Shown piece by piece: positions 26,474 to 38,689 of a DNA stretch of 64,000 nt. The stretch's first letter is position 1, and the number at the start of each line of letters is the position of its first letter. The notes below the pieces were generated by a model. The model was not told the DNA's origin, ran no database searches, and saw nothing but the letters and a program-made list of their open reading frames with translations. The stretch comes from Callorhinchus milii (lineage: Eukaryota). The translations under genes were made by a program, and so were the position numbers. The stretch spans positions 7,318,001 to 7,382,000 of the forward strand of contig NW_024704742.1 in NCBI RefSeq assembly GCF_018977255.1, in the 5' to 3' direction.

Positions 26474-27740
26474 TAAAAAGCTTTAGAAGTGGGTTATTTG
26501 ACAGCTGCCTTGATCCAAGGCACACACGGGCATCAAAATGATTGCAGACTGAATGGTGAGCTGACTTTAGAGCATTATAATATCAAATTCTGCAGGGTTG
26601 AAGATGGATCTTTTTTCTTCAAAAGCTCTGATTTTGATTTTTTTAATGGAATAAAACAATTAATCCCAGCCGACTGCACTGGTAGACGAGTGAGAGAGAG
26701 AGAGAAACGAGAATAAGAGATTGAGGAGGTTAATTGAAGGATTGAACCCTCAGTCCAATTCCCCACACTGGCACAGACCGGCATAATTGACTAATATGCC
26801 ATGAAAGGTCCTGCTGTTTCCCTTGGCCTTTCACAGCTCTCGAACACTGGGCGAAGCTAGCTGTACAGTCAGACGAAAGAGAGAGAAAGACTTAACTCCA
26901 CGTCTTTGACAGCTAAATCCTTATCGAAAGTACAACACACGACGTTTAAACTTTAAACGTTTGAAGTGAAATGCAATTTTTGCGATCGGGGATTTGGGCT
27001 GGCATCTGATTTTCAGAATTCCACCACGCACCACACACGTGGTCACAAGATCGTGTATCCGTGTGGATTTTAAAACGCAGAGCAAATGATTGGCTGCAGC
27101 GTTTCACCTACAAACACACAGTCACTACACTTTACAGCATATTCTGCAAAGCGATTTAAGACGGCTAGAAGACGCAATGAGGAGCTACGTCAAATGCAAG
27201 GATTATTATTATAATACAGCTGCTGGAATGACGTTCGGTCCCGATAGTACAGTCGTTATCGTTCCCTTATCTCCTGGGTGTGGGCTTTGATGAAGCTGTT
27301 GTCTTGCTGTACCTCAGCACCGCACTTCATTAAAAAAAACACGTTTCTCCCCCAGGTCGTACGTGATTTGTATTCAGCTCTTGCTGTGAAATAAGGTTAA
27401 TAATTTTTGACTGTTTCTCATTACGGGAGCCCACTCTGCCAGCTGGAATCCTGCTTGCCACATAAAAAAACATTTCAAATCTGCCCTTGAGGAAAATGAT
27501 GAATTGTTTTCACGTTGGACACTGCGAGGATTCCCAACTGCTGTAACTGCCATTCTGCGTTTTTTTAAAAAAAAATAATGTTCCAAAGGATGCATTACTT
27601 TGTTTCTGTTTAAAAATAGGAATCTCATTTCTCCTCCTCCCCCTTCTCCTTTATAGCTCCGACTGTTTGATTTATACCTCAGGGCGTTGGGGGAGGGGAG
27701 GGAATAAAGAGTGAGCTAATCACTGGCCAGTTCTACCGGT

Positions 27741-27967
27741 TAAAGATCCCACTGCACTGTTCGAAAGGAGAGAGGAGTTTCTCTCTCCCTGTGTCCTGGC
27801 CAACAATCCCCCAAGTAAAATTGGTCACTCACTCCTTGGGACGCTGCTGTGCGCAATCAGCTGCCGCATTTCGCCCACAAAATGTACAGTCAATCCACCT
27901 TACAGTATATCCTGTGAAGCGCTTTGAGACGTCTCAACGATGTGATATATAAATGCAAGTTGCTGTT
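27741..27967 (+). mobile_element. Deu-domain SINE, 3' half
   Basis: taaagatcccactgcactgttcgaaagg...gtcctggccaacaatccccc...gggacgctgctgtgcgcaatcagctgccgc followed by the tail. Confidence 0.75.
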
Positions 27968-28540
27968 ATTGAGTGAGAGCCCAAACAGGGTGGGACATGG
28001 ACACGCAGGAGAGGACGATGTGCGAAGGTGTAACCAAGGAGAGAGGGAGTCTTTTAGACGAATGTATTGAAATCGTAAGGGGAGGCAATTAGGCAGAGGG
28101 TTTGGAAAGGAGGAATGGGTGAAGGTAAACTCATCCACCAATGGGCACAAAGACCTGAGATATAAGAACTGATGGGGTCGGGGAGTGGGGGGTTGTGCTC
28201 TGCACAGAGTGTTGTCTCCTTCCCCTCCCCGCCACCCCGTTTTGGCAGAAAGTTGGGGGGAGGCATTTAAAGTTAAGACCGAGGGTCTTAAAGATAATTC
28301 ATTAGGGTTTAGGAAGCCAGTGGAACTGAGCAAGGCGATGGAGGCGAGCACGAGGAGGAAGTCGGGTCTGGAGATGACGAAGTGCGGTTGTGTTGACATT
28401 GAGATAGTGACACAGGGATGAATAAAGATGTGAATAAATCCATTGGCATTTCCAACAAAGGACTGTTGTTTGCTGCCATTAGTTTGTAGCATTCCAGCCA
28501 CATTATGACTCATCGTAGGTTGGTCCGGAAATGTGTTGAC

Positions 28541-28694
28541 AATAATAATAATCCTTGCATTTGATATAGTGCCTTATCACATCTTCGAGACGTCTCAAAG
28601 CGCTTCACAGAATATACTGTAAAGTGAATTGACTATAGTGGGCGATACGTGGCAGCCAATTGCACACAGCAGCGTCCCCACAAACAGTCACGGA
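28541..28694 (-). mobile_element. SINE 3' half
   Basis: aataataataatccttgcatttgatatagtgccttatcac...cacaaacagtcacgga. Confidence 0.85.
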
Positions 28695-28809
28695 AAGCTT
28701 GAATGCTAACTATTGTTTTCAGGGTTGTCAACAGCAAGCGGAATGATATCAACATTGAAATGTCGCCCTGTTTAATCCTGCTGCACAGTGTCAATACATT
28801 AGAGTCATA

Positions 28810-29042
28810 GAGTCCTATAGCTCAGTGGTTGGAGCACTTGCCTCGCCAGCGAGAGGAACTGATTTGATTAAAAAATAATAATAATTTGGTCACTCAATCC
28901 ACGACTGTTTTGGGGATACTGCTGTGCGCAATTGGCTGCTGCGTTTAGCCCACAAAATATAGTCAATTCACTTCACAGTATATTCTGTGATGTCTCGAAA
29001 ACGTGTTAAGGCATTATATCAAATGCAAGGATTATCATTATT
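28810..29042 (+). mobile_element. tRNA-Ala-derived SINE with an internal deletion
   Basis: gagtcctatagctcagtggttggagcac head joined almost directly to the Deu core and tail. Confidence 0.85.
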
Positions 29043-29984
29043 GAATCCTGCCTCTCTCTCCGTCACCACTCTGATGACTAAAGATGCAACGCAATTTAGC
29101 GCTATTTATTGAGGACACTTTTCTAAACTACCGCAAAATACCATAAACTCTGGCGCAGTGGATGCAAAATTCCTGCCGTTTTTATGAGCTGCTCTTGTGG
29201 ACGGTGGGAGTGGAAGCAGCCGATACAACTTACAGAAACAGTCAACTGATAGTCTTGAGATGAGCCTTTTGTGTAAGTGGGGCCAATCTCAGGAAGGAAA
29301 CCCGGGTCCCTTGTTTGAAATAACGGATACGGACCTTTCTCTTCAGTGTCTCCTCTGCACTGGTCTCTGCTGCTTTTGAGCTCCTTCATCAAACAAAGCC
29401 ATGTATTCTGAGCAGATTGATCCCAATCTCGGTGTTTACAGATCCAGTCATCCCAGAATGTAAATATTTGCTGCAGTTAAAATAGAGTTTGGATGCAACG
29501 CAGTAATGAATAGCAGCTGCGGAAAATCCAGAGTCCCCTCACCCAGATCATGGGATTCGAACAGTTACTTGCAATTGTTGAAGGTGGAGGAGGTGGGGTG
29601 GGGGGAAGATTGAAGACTCCTCTAAGCAGCTCCCAAATAAAGCTCTTGATCCCGGACCACTTGCTTGTTACCACCACGACGATTCAATGAGCCACTTTGG
29701 TTCAACACCCAACGCAGCATTGCCCATATTTATTGTGTTTTTTGGGGGAGTTTGCTTGCTTTTATTCAATATATTAGAAAGCAACAAATTATAATTTGAT
29801 ACTGTTTGCTATTTGCAAATATTTAGAAGCACTGCGTTAGATATCTGTTGTATTGTATTACTATTAAATGATGTTTAGACTGCTCTTGGTGTTTGGAATG
29901 GATTACAAAGCCTTTTTCACATGTGACCCCAGTTAGTGAGTCCAGACTGATTTTCTAGACTGACTTTTCTCTACCATAGAAAAC

Positions 29985-30675
29985 TGAGAACTGTGAAATT
30001 AGAGGAGGCAACAAAATCCTTCAAAAATTAGTTTGATAGTGTATGCACGTGGGCTGATAACTGGCAAATTAAGTTTAATACAGATAAATGCAAGGTACTA
30101 TATAGAGGAAGCAAGAATAGGAAATGCATGTAATCCGTGGATGGGATTGAACTTGTCAAGGGTGTACATGAAAGAGATCTAGGGCTATTAATGGATTTGT
30201 CGCTCACAATGTCAAAAGAGTGCGGAGGCAGCAATAACCAAGCCAAACAAGATGCTGAGCTATATTGCGAGATCAATTGAGTTTAGATCCCCAGCTGTAA
30301 TTCTCAGCCTGTACAGTGCTCTGACCAGACTGCACCTTGAACACTGCATACAGTTCTAGACACTGACATAAGGAGCTGCCTAGAGGCGGTGCAGAAGGGA
30401 GCAACGAGGTTGATCTCCAGTGTTAAGAGGAATGACCTAGGAGGAACGACTAGACAAATTTGGATTATTCCGTTTTGAGAGAAGATACCTCAGAGGGCAT
30501 CTCTTAGAGGTGTCTTATCATTTGAAATGGGATTGAAAAAGTAAACCCACAACAGCACTTTGAAAAGCACCAGGAAAGTGGAACATGAGGTACGTGGGTT
30601 TAGAGTTGTGAAGGGCATTTTCAGTACAGATACCCGGAAGTTTTTCTTTACCCCAAAGCTAATTGACAATTGGAA
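29985..30675 (+). mobile_element. CR1 LINE ORF2 C-terminal relic (disrupted)
   Basis: Frame FDSVCTWADNWQIKFNTDKCKVLY...ERDLG, then RLHLEHCIQF and LEAVQKGATRLI: CR1 motifs interrupted by stops and frameshifts. Confidence 0.85.
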
Positions 30676-30681
30676 GTTTAT

Positions 30682-31112
30682 AATAACAATAATAATAATC
30701 CCTGCATTTGATATAGAGCCTTATCATGTCATTGAGACGTCTGAAAGCGCTTCACGGGATATACTGCAAAGTGTATTTTGTTGGCAAAGCGCAACAGCTA
30801 GTTTGTGCACAGTGATGTCCCACAAACAGCCATGGAGTGAGTGACCAATCTTATTTGTGGGATTTGTTGGCCGGGAGACCAGGAGAAACTCCCTTCTCTT
30901 TTTGAATAGTGTCATGGCATCTTTAACAGCCACCTCAATAGGCAGATAGGACCTTGGTTTAACGTCTCATCCGAAGGACAGCAACTCCGACAATGCAACA
31001 ACCACCCCCATCACTGCATTGGAGGGTCAGCTTGGACTATGTGATTCCAAATCCTGACGTGGGGCTTGACCCACAACCTTCTGACTCGGAGAGTGCTACC
31101 AGTGAGCCAGGT
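30682..31112 (-). mobile_element. Full-length Deu-domain SINE (SacSINE1-like head) inserted into CR1
   Basis: Tail at 30682, core, catccgaaggacagcaactccgacaatgca and reverse head cccacaaccttctgactcggagagtgctaccagtgagccagg. Confidence 0.85.
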
Positions 31113-31124
31113 TCATACACAGGA

Positions 31125-31290
31125 ACACACGGTTTGTCAGGAAGGGTTGTTGAGGCCAGGACACTGGACTCATTTAAAAAACAGCTTGATGCTGTGATGG
31201 GAGTACCTATAGGGTGGCTATTCTGGAAGGATGAGATCAGATTGGCTGAAGGGCCTTCTTCATCCAGACTAATTTTGTGATCTTGTGACA
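31125..31290 (+). mobile_element. CR1 LINE 3' end, continuation of 29985-30675
   Basis: GLSGRVVEARTLDSFKKQLDAVM remnant and terminal gctgaagggccttct...gtgatcttgtga. Confidence 0.8.
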
Positions 31291-31584
31291 AACACCTTCA
31301 TCATCTGTTTGCTGAGATCAGCAAACTCAGCATAGACCTGGTACCTTACATGTCTGTACCACACAGAGAACATGTTTTACTGACTGAGCTACAGAGGATA
31401 ATCTTCTATGATGCTTTTTTTTTCCAATTTAAATGCTCGCATTCAAATTGTACATCTATTAATCATTTGATAAATCCTAATTAAATGCTAGCAGTACAAT
31501 CAAATCTCAAGATGCTTGTAATTACTTTATTTCGATTATAATGATGTTGAGAAGTAAAATTACTGTGTGCACTGATTGATGCAG

Positions 31585-31780
31585 AGAGTGTGTGTGTGTG
31601 TGTGTGCGTGTGGAGATGCAGAGGGTTTTGTGTGTGGAGAGAAAGCGAGGAGGGTGTACATTTGAGGAGAGAGCGAGGTGTGAGTGTGTAAAGAGAGGAT
31701 GTGTGTGTGGTGTGTGTGATGAGAGAAAGAGAACTGTTTGAGCAGAGGAAGAAAGTGCATGTGTGAGAGAGAGAGAGCGG
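31585..31780. repeat. GT/GA low-complexity microsatellite tract about 130 bp upstream of the exon
   Basis: Interrupted (GT)n and (GA)n runs. Confidence 0.85.
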
Positions 31781-31909
31781 AGACATATGGAGGAAAACTG
31801 TGTAATCTGAATTGATTAACGTCAGCTGCTCTTTTGTAGTTGATGGAAATCTGCTTTGGATGTTTCTGATTGCACCCAGTAAGAATGTGCCCATGTCTCT
31901 TTCCTTCAG

Positions 31910-32139
31910 ATGTGTGCTCTTGCCACTGTTGGGAATAAAGCCACCTTCACAGAATCTCTTCCTAGTTGTGGATTCTATCGACGAGGGCTGGAACTGTACT
32001 GATGGAGAACAGAGGCAAACGGGCCTGACACAAACAATCGCCGAGATCCTCGCCAGTCATCATGAGTTCTTCCCACCGTGGCTGCTGCTGATCTGCTCTG
32101 CCAGGAAGCAGAGTAAAGCAGTGACTAAACTGTTCACAG
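31910..32139 (+). CDS. ANKRD50: Internal coding exon (230 bp, phase 2 to phase 1) of ankyrin repeat domain-containing protein 50 or an ANKRD50-like paralog; N-terminal P-loop/STAND-type NTPase region
   Basis: Acceptor tctctttccttcag|A at 31909/31910 and donor ACAG|gtgagc at 32139/32140. Translation (R)[77 protein letters not shown] closely matches vertebrate ANKRD50 as I recall it ([12 protein letters not shown]...LVDSVDEG...[28 protein letters not shown]). [10 protein letters not shown] is a Walker-B-like motif. Confidence 0.92.
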
Positions 32140-32479
32140 GTGAGCGAGCAGCTTTCCCTCCAGTTCTATTCCACAGGTGCCAGCCAGCCTCGTTGCAAAT
32201 GTTTGCTCTCCACTTCTCCCTTGGCTCAGCGTTTCCTTCCCATTCCTTTTGCCTCTTACCTTTGTCTGTGAAACAGGACAGTCTATCCCACAGATATGTT
32301 TACAAGCAACAGTGCCATTAAGTGTCTGACCCAAACACTTCCACGGGATGGAGGCAAGACACTCTCTCCCCTCCCCCCCATCCTCATTCAAGTCCAATCA
32401 TTGCCTTATTTTCACAGGCACCCTGCCAGAGATTGAAACCGCACCTTACATTTCTATAACACATTTATATATTTATAAT

Positions 32480-32832
32480 GTGGAGACCTGTAGCGTATTG
32501 GTTAGAGCCCTCACCTCGCAAGCAAGAGGACCCCGGTTCGATTCCCGGGCAGGCCGAAAGCTCAGGCAAGTTTCCTAACTCCACGCTCCTTTGTTTACCT
32601 AGCAGTAAGTAGGAACCCGGTTGTTAGTTGATTGACGGATTGCTTTCCACGGATAATAATCCTCGAACAAAATAATAATAATTTGGTCACTCAATCCATG
32701 ACTGTTTGTGGGACACTACTGTGCACAATTGGCTGCCGCGTTTCGCCCACAAAGTAGTCAATTCACTTTACAGTATATTCTGTGAAACTCTTTAAGACGT
32801 CTCAAAGACGTGATAAGACGCTATATCAAATG
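32480..32832 (+). mobile_element. tRNA-Ala-derived SINE, long variant
   Basis: gtggagacctgtagcgtattggttagagc head, ggttcgattcc B box, long internal block, core and tail. Confidence 0.9.
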
Positions 32833-32834
32833 TC

Positions 32835-33235
32835 GGGTGGCCTTTTCAACGTGCTGCACGCAGACTGGGAGCCTGAGCTGAAGAAGAAGAGGGAAGCTAA
32901 CCAAAAGTGTGGTCGAAAAGATGACTCTTAGGGCAGGGATGAAGGGGGCAAGGCGGAGGTGGATGGAGTTTCAGAGAGTGGGGACAGAGTGGCTGAAAAC
33001 CTGCCTACTGATGGTGACAAGGATCGGGCTGGCACATGAAAGCGGTCAGTGTTTGCTGAGCAGAGGGTCAGCTGGATCAACAGGGTTGCAAGAGGTCACA
33101 GCAGTAGGGCAGGATGGGGGCAAAAAGGTAGACAGGATTAAAAATGAGGACAAGGTTGATCTTGAATTAAATTTACTGGGGGATGGTTAGCAATGAGCAA
33201 AGGTGGGGGTGATGGGATTGCAGGGCCTGGTACGA
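32835..33235 (-). mobile_element. L2 LINE 3' fragment
   Basis: Purine-rich + strand (gatggagtttcagagagtgggg...gctgaaaacctgcctactgatgg), matching the other minus-strand L2 copies. Confidence 0.65.
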
Positions 33236-34587
33236 GGAAAGGCCGGATAAGGTGTGATAGGTTAACATAGATGCGATTCAAAGCTGGAGATCGGACCGGA
33301 GTCACCGGCATTATTTTGGCCATATTTCTCAGATTGCCATTTTATTTGGCCCCCAAAATATACAGTCAAATCACTTTACAGTATATTCTGTGAGACTCTT
33401 TGAGACGTCTCGGAAGACGTGACTAGGCGCTATATGAAATGCAAGGCTTATCCTTATTTATCTTCCCATTTTTACAAGTCATCATCCATTACGAAGTTTA
33501 TTCGCAGTTTTTGCACATATTGTATATATTTTGGAAGCTGTTCATTTCTCTGATGAGATCGACAGTGGAAGCTCGATGCAGAGCGTGTCTGCTGCAGGCC
33601 AAGGAAACAGCACTGGAAGAGTTTGTAGGCGGGATGAAAACATTGTGAGCTCTCATTTCAATTTGATTCTGAGGAACATAAGACTAAACCCATTTCTGCT
33701 CAGGGACCCCTCTCCGCATGTTTTGGTCCTGTTTTTTCTTTTTTGCCCAACTCTCAACGTGAGGAGAAAGATTGGAATGTGAGATGTGAAAGGAAATATT
33801 TATTAGTCAAAACATATTTCTAGAGGATATCCCAGTTAAGCTTAAAAGCTTGTTTACAATCTAGCTTCCTGCCTCATGGTAAGTAACAATCACAATGTGG
33901 GGTACAGTGCAGGAAATGATTCTCATTGCAGCACCAATGACAGTCTGTGACATCCACCATTTGTTTCATTTAGTGCTGATCACTTTGTCCATTAAACACA
34001 CACAACATACTACACTCTACAGTGTATCCTGTGAACATTTTGAAACGTCTCAAAAGACGTGATAAAATATCAAATAAAATAAAATAAAATATCAAATGCA
34101 AGGATTATTATTATTATAAACTGTAAGCACCTGCACTGACCCTATAGATTGATTATGCAGTGGATCCTTGTTATAATGTGGTGGTTCAGATCCATAAAAT
34201 CTCAGGCTTGTCGTTAACAAGGTTTCAGTGTATGGTTTCCCTGCGTAAGTGTGCAGTTCGGCCAGTTTGACCCCTGTGTTTTAGACGGTTCCCGTGCTTG
34301 TAAAATGACTCACTTCCGGTCATCATTGATTTTGTGCCCTGTTTCAGTTCAGCACTTAATTCTGCCCTCAAATCATCTTGCTCCAGATCAGCCGATTCCA
34401 ACCTGTCCATCTTCATCTTGATGATTCAGTTTTACCAGGAGGAATCGGTTAACGAAACTCCACAAATTTCACCACATGTGTGTCAGGGCTAAAATGTACG
34501 TTTATATAATGCCATTCACATCATGCGAACATCTCAAAGCGATTAATATTATCTTAAAACGGAGGCATAGGTTTTGCTTTTGTAATT

Positions 34588-35640
34588 CAACAACCACAAT
34601 TTGCATTTATATTGCACTCTTCCTGCGCGGTAGCGTCTCGGAGCTCTTAACAATGGTAAAGATTCACGTCGAACTGGAGAGAGAGTGGAGGTCACCCTAG
34701 GCAAGGGCAAAGTGCAAGGTCTTCAGATATGATCTCTGAAGACAGGCGAAGAAGGGAGCAAGGTGGAGAGATTGAAGCAGAGAATCCCAGAGTTTTGGGG
34801 TGAGGTGGCTGAAAGCATAAGGACAAATTGAATTTATATAGCATCTTTCAAGTTGGGAGGAGGTCCTAAAGTGCTGGACAATGAGGGTTTGAACACGAAC
34901 TGACTGCGGGATGATGGAGCAGAGTGGACAAGGGATGTGTAGAAGACCAAACCAACTGGGCAAAGGGGAGGTGAGTAGTGGAGCAGGGTGCAAGAAGGTT
35001 GGAGAGATAGGAAGATGCCAGGGCATGGATTGATTTGTACGTGTGAGGATCTTGATATCAATCTGGAATAGGGAGCCTGTGGAGCCTGGCAAAGACTGGG
35101 GTGATGGGAATGCAGAGCCTGGTATGTGCGAGAATATGGGTGGTGGAGGTTTGGATCAGTTGGATTTCTGGAAGGGTGGAACTGGGGAGATCGCTAAGGA
35201 GGGCATTGGAAAAATCGAGTGGGAAATGACGAAAGTATGAATGAGGCTTTCAGCTGTGCTGGGCATAAAATCTGGTCAGAGTGATGTGGCAGAGGTGGAG
35301 GAAAGCGGTCCTGGTCAGGGACTGGATGTGGGGAAGGAAGGCCAGCTGGGGATCGAACTTGATGCCAACGATGTGAACTGGCTCAATGAGTTTGACTGTC
35401 AGGCCAGGGAGGTTAAGGGGTTCAGAGATGTGGTGAGAAGGCATTGACGGGAGCCAAGGAGTATGGCTTCTGTCTTGTCAACATTTAGCTGCAGAAAGTT
35501 GTCCTTGATGTCTGATGAGCAAGAGGACAGAACATCGGTCTGTCTGGGGTCACGGCTGGAGAAGTAAAAGTAGATGTGCGTAAATGTTGAAGTTGATCCC
35601 ATGTGTGTTGGTGTCAACAAGATGGAGCATGTAAATGAGA
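34588..35640 (-). mobile_element. L2 LINE ORF2 (RT C-terminal half) relic plus 3' UTR
   Basis: Remnants SDIKDNFLQLNVDKTEAILLGS, GIKFDPQLAFLPHIQSLTRTAFLHL and AFSHLTPKLWDSL; a second L2 tail is nested at about 34825-34885. Confidence 0.85.
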
Positions 35641-35774
35641 AAAAGCATAATTGTCACAACAATAAAAATCTTTCACATAATGTAAGACATAATGCAACTT
35701 ATACGCTGTACAATGCAGGGCTTAGGTGACTGGCAGCAGTCTGTTATTAAAGATAGATGCTGCCACAATACAAG

Positions 35775-36030
35775 TACAATACAATACAAAATTACATTTG
35801 TAAAGCGCCTTTCACGTCGGGGGGACGGCCCAGGCGCTGAACAGTCAGGGATTGGGACCAGGTGGGGTTGGGGCGGGGAATTGGGAACAGGGAGGGTGGA
35901 AGTGAGGAGGGTGGCCAAAGGCACAATGTGCCCTGAAGGAAGCAAGGGAGGGAGCGAGGTGGAGGTAATGTGGGATGGAGTTCCAGAGGGTGGAGGCAGA
36001 GAGGCTGAAGGCCTGACCGCCTACGCAATG
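35775..36030 (-). mobile_element. L2 LINE 3' end
   Basis: GGQAFSLSASTLWNSIP remnant; tail aagcgcctttcacgtcggggggacggcccaggcgctg (reverse strand). Confidence 0.75.
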
Positions 36031-36496
36031 ATGCAATGAACAAACCAATCATTTTAATTCGCTGACATAGAATCAACTCCCTCTGTACACAAGTGTTAAA
36101 GTGTGGTTTACAATTGACGGAAAATAAACATGTATTTGCAAATCCTGCATAATAGTCCCCAGTGATAGTTATTCAGTGCTGAGACCGGGTTGAAACCTGC
36201 TGAGGGTATTTTGGACCTTGTGTTAATGATATGCATGACACATCATAATCCCCAGTGTTAATGGTACATTGTACAAGGCCTTTCTAGTAGGTAACCATGG
36301 AGAAAGAGAAGAGATTTCATCAGATCAATGTTGCCTTTCATCAGATGAGTATTGTACCACAAATATTCATCTACAAAAGCAGGCAATCCTGTGAGGCACT
36401 CTGAGATGTTTCAAGGAAGTGATAAGACTGTCCCAACGCCGCGGGACGTCCTCCTGACGTGAAAGGCGCTATACAAATATAATTTGTCTTGAAGCT

Positions 36497-36803
36497 GGAG
36501 TCCTGTACCTTAGTGGTTCAAGCAATCACCTCGCAAGCAAGAGGACGTGGGTTCAATTCCCGGGCAGGGCGAAACGTTAGGCAAGTTTCCTTGTTCCACA
36601 CGTCTCTGTTTACCTAGTAGTAAGTAGGAACCCTGTTGTTAGTCAATTGGCGGATCACTTTTCCGGAGAGTTAATAATCCCTTCAAAATCCCATCACAAA
36701 ATATACAGTCAATTCACTTTACACTATATTCTGTGAAGCGCTTTGAGACGCCTCGAAGACGTGATAAGGAGCTATATCAAATGCAAGGATTATTATTATT
36801 ATA
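36497..36803 (+). mobile_element. tRNA-Ala-derived SINE, long variant lacking the Deu core
   Basis: Head and long internal block, then a direct jump to cacaaaatatacagtc and the tail. Confidence 0.85.
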
Positions 36804-36807
36804 ATTT

Positions 36808-37170
36808 GTCCCCCGCCCCAACCGCCCTACCATCGGTGGCCGGGCCTTCAGCCTCTCAGCCCCGAGGCTCTGGAACTCCATCCCCCAGTGCCTTCGCCGC
36901 TTCCTCCCTCTCCTCCTTCAAGGCCGGTCTCAAAACCTTTCTCTTTGACGAGCCTTCAGCTCCCCTCTCGACTCTCTTCCCCCTCCTCGCTCCCTCCCTT
37001 CCCTCCCCTCACCCTGACCATTTCCGCCCTCCTCGCTCCCTCCCTTCCCTCCCCTCACCCTGACCATTTCCCCCCCTGCTCGGGTCCTGACCCAACTGTG
37101 CAGCGCCTTGGGACGTCCTCCCGATGTGAAAGGCGCTTTATAAATGGAATCTTGTTGTTGTTGTTGTTGT
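36808..37170 (+). mobile_element. Young L2 3' end containing a perfect 45-bp tandem duplication (36981-37025 / 37027-37071)
   Basis: CpG-rich SSLSSFKAGLKTFLFD remnant; tail gcgccttgggacgtcctcccgatgtgaaaggcgc and (ttg)6. Confidence 0.85.
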
Positions 37171-38239
37171 ATCAAATGCAAAGATTATAAAATATTGCTG
37201 TTTTATCCCGATGGGTGTGGGACAACATCTAAGATTCATTTTATCTGTGATTGATCGACTCAGGAAATATGCTGCATTTCAAGCAGGAAAGCACAACTTA
37301 AGAGATTGATCTAAGTAGGAAATTGCTTTGGTAATTGTGTACAAAAGGAGATTTAATTGTGCAGACAAATGTTTAGCGTTAACTGGCTAGCTGGGGAGCA
37401 ATATCCCAAGTAAAATGTTCTGTTTCCCACATCCACAAGGGACTCAAAACTTGGAAGAGTACTAGTTAGTGGAGGAAGAAAATCTGCTTTAGTACGAGAC
37501 TGAAATTGATTTTTTCTGAAAAGAAATCGAAGTCAGCTCCTTGTCGACAAGCTTGGCTTGTACGTTGATTCAATCCGATCTCTGGTCTGGAGGCACATCG
37601 CCAGATAATCAACTTGCTCCCACAACTCAAAGTTACTTGAAGCTCTTTGTTTTAACAGTGTCGATTTTAATTGCTGCCAGCCTTAGATGCCGATAGCTTT
37701 GAGAACCTGGGAAAACTAGATCTACAAGTAAAATTAGTGGTTGCTGCGATAGACTATCTGAACACAAGTGGAATATTTCTGTCATTACTTGGCAGGAATC
37801 CTAATTCAGGGGTGGGGGAGAAAAGTTCATGCCAGAGAATCATAGCAACAAATTGCCCGTTTCAGGGCTGGAATGCAAGTCTCCTAAACATGCCACAATG
37901 ATTGTTGAAATATCGGAATGGTTCCCAAAGCTGATGTTTAACCGTAAGCATTCAAAGAAAGGCATAATGTGCTAATTTTTTTTTAAAGTGGAGGCAGGAG
38001 AATATTTATGGAGTGGAGTCTGGTTTGCCTCCGTTTCAATGTTCACTGTATCTAATCAGTATGTCAATACTCAGCACCTGACCTTTTGTCAGCCTGAAGC
38101 CTCGCTCTACAACAGTGAACAGAGTTTGCCTTTTCTTTGTGAGCTCGGATATTGAAAGTTGGCCAAATGTCTAGATTTCTCTCTTTATTTCGTTCTCCTC
38201 CTGGCCTGAAGGTGTAAACTCCTGCTGTGGTTCTGTGGA

Positions 38240-38630
38240 TGCTGGCCATTTTTGAAGTGGCCAATCTTCCGTATCGGAAACCCAGCCATGAATATTGCTG
38301 AACTATTTGACCCTGTGGGAGGTTGATAACATAGCAAAGCCAGAGCTCAACATATGGTTGTGGATAGAAATCAGAATCAGGAATGCTTGCTGGCTTGTTT
38401 TCCTTTCCTAGCTCAGGGTCACTGAGGCATATGGTAGTGATCTCTCTCCTCCGTGTCTCTCACCCCCCCGCCCCACCGGCTTGGCCCTCTCACATACACA
38501 CACACACACACCTTAGCTGAGATCAACGATCAACTAACTCTCAGCACAGTCTTAGATCCAGGGCTTTTCCTATCTTCATGGCTCAGTACTCAGTACTGTA
38601 CTCACCGTGTGGTGTAATTACCTATTGAAC
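38240..38630 (-). mobile_element. Ancient SINE-like element (family B)
   Basis: atcaggaatgcttgctggc...cctagctcagggtcactgaggc...ccttagctgagatcaa...aactctcagcacag...ggctcagtac. Confidence 0.6.
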
Positions 38631-38689
38631 CACCTCCACTTTCTCGCTCGCTATATAATGTTTCATCATAACACATGTTTGCATACATA

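Noticed and set aside
27890..28513. Longest ORF in the track (207 aa, minus strand)
   Set aside because: Low-complexity Pro/Ser/Leu composition, runs into a SINE tail and shows no domain; likely a decayed LINE or chance ORF.
31910..32139. TANC1/TANC2 assignment
   Set aside because: These share the NTPase-plus-ankyrin architecture, but [26 protein letters not shown] is the ANKRD50 signature as I recall it.
31812..32321. 169-aa ORF as a complete gene
   Set aside because: Only 31910-32139 resembles ANKRD50 and is bounded by splice sites; the rest is intronic read-through.
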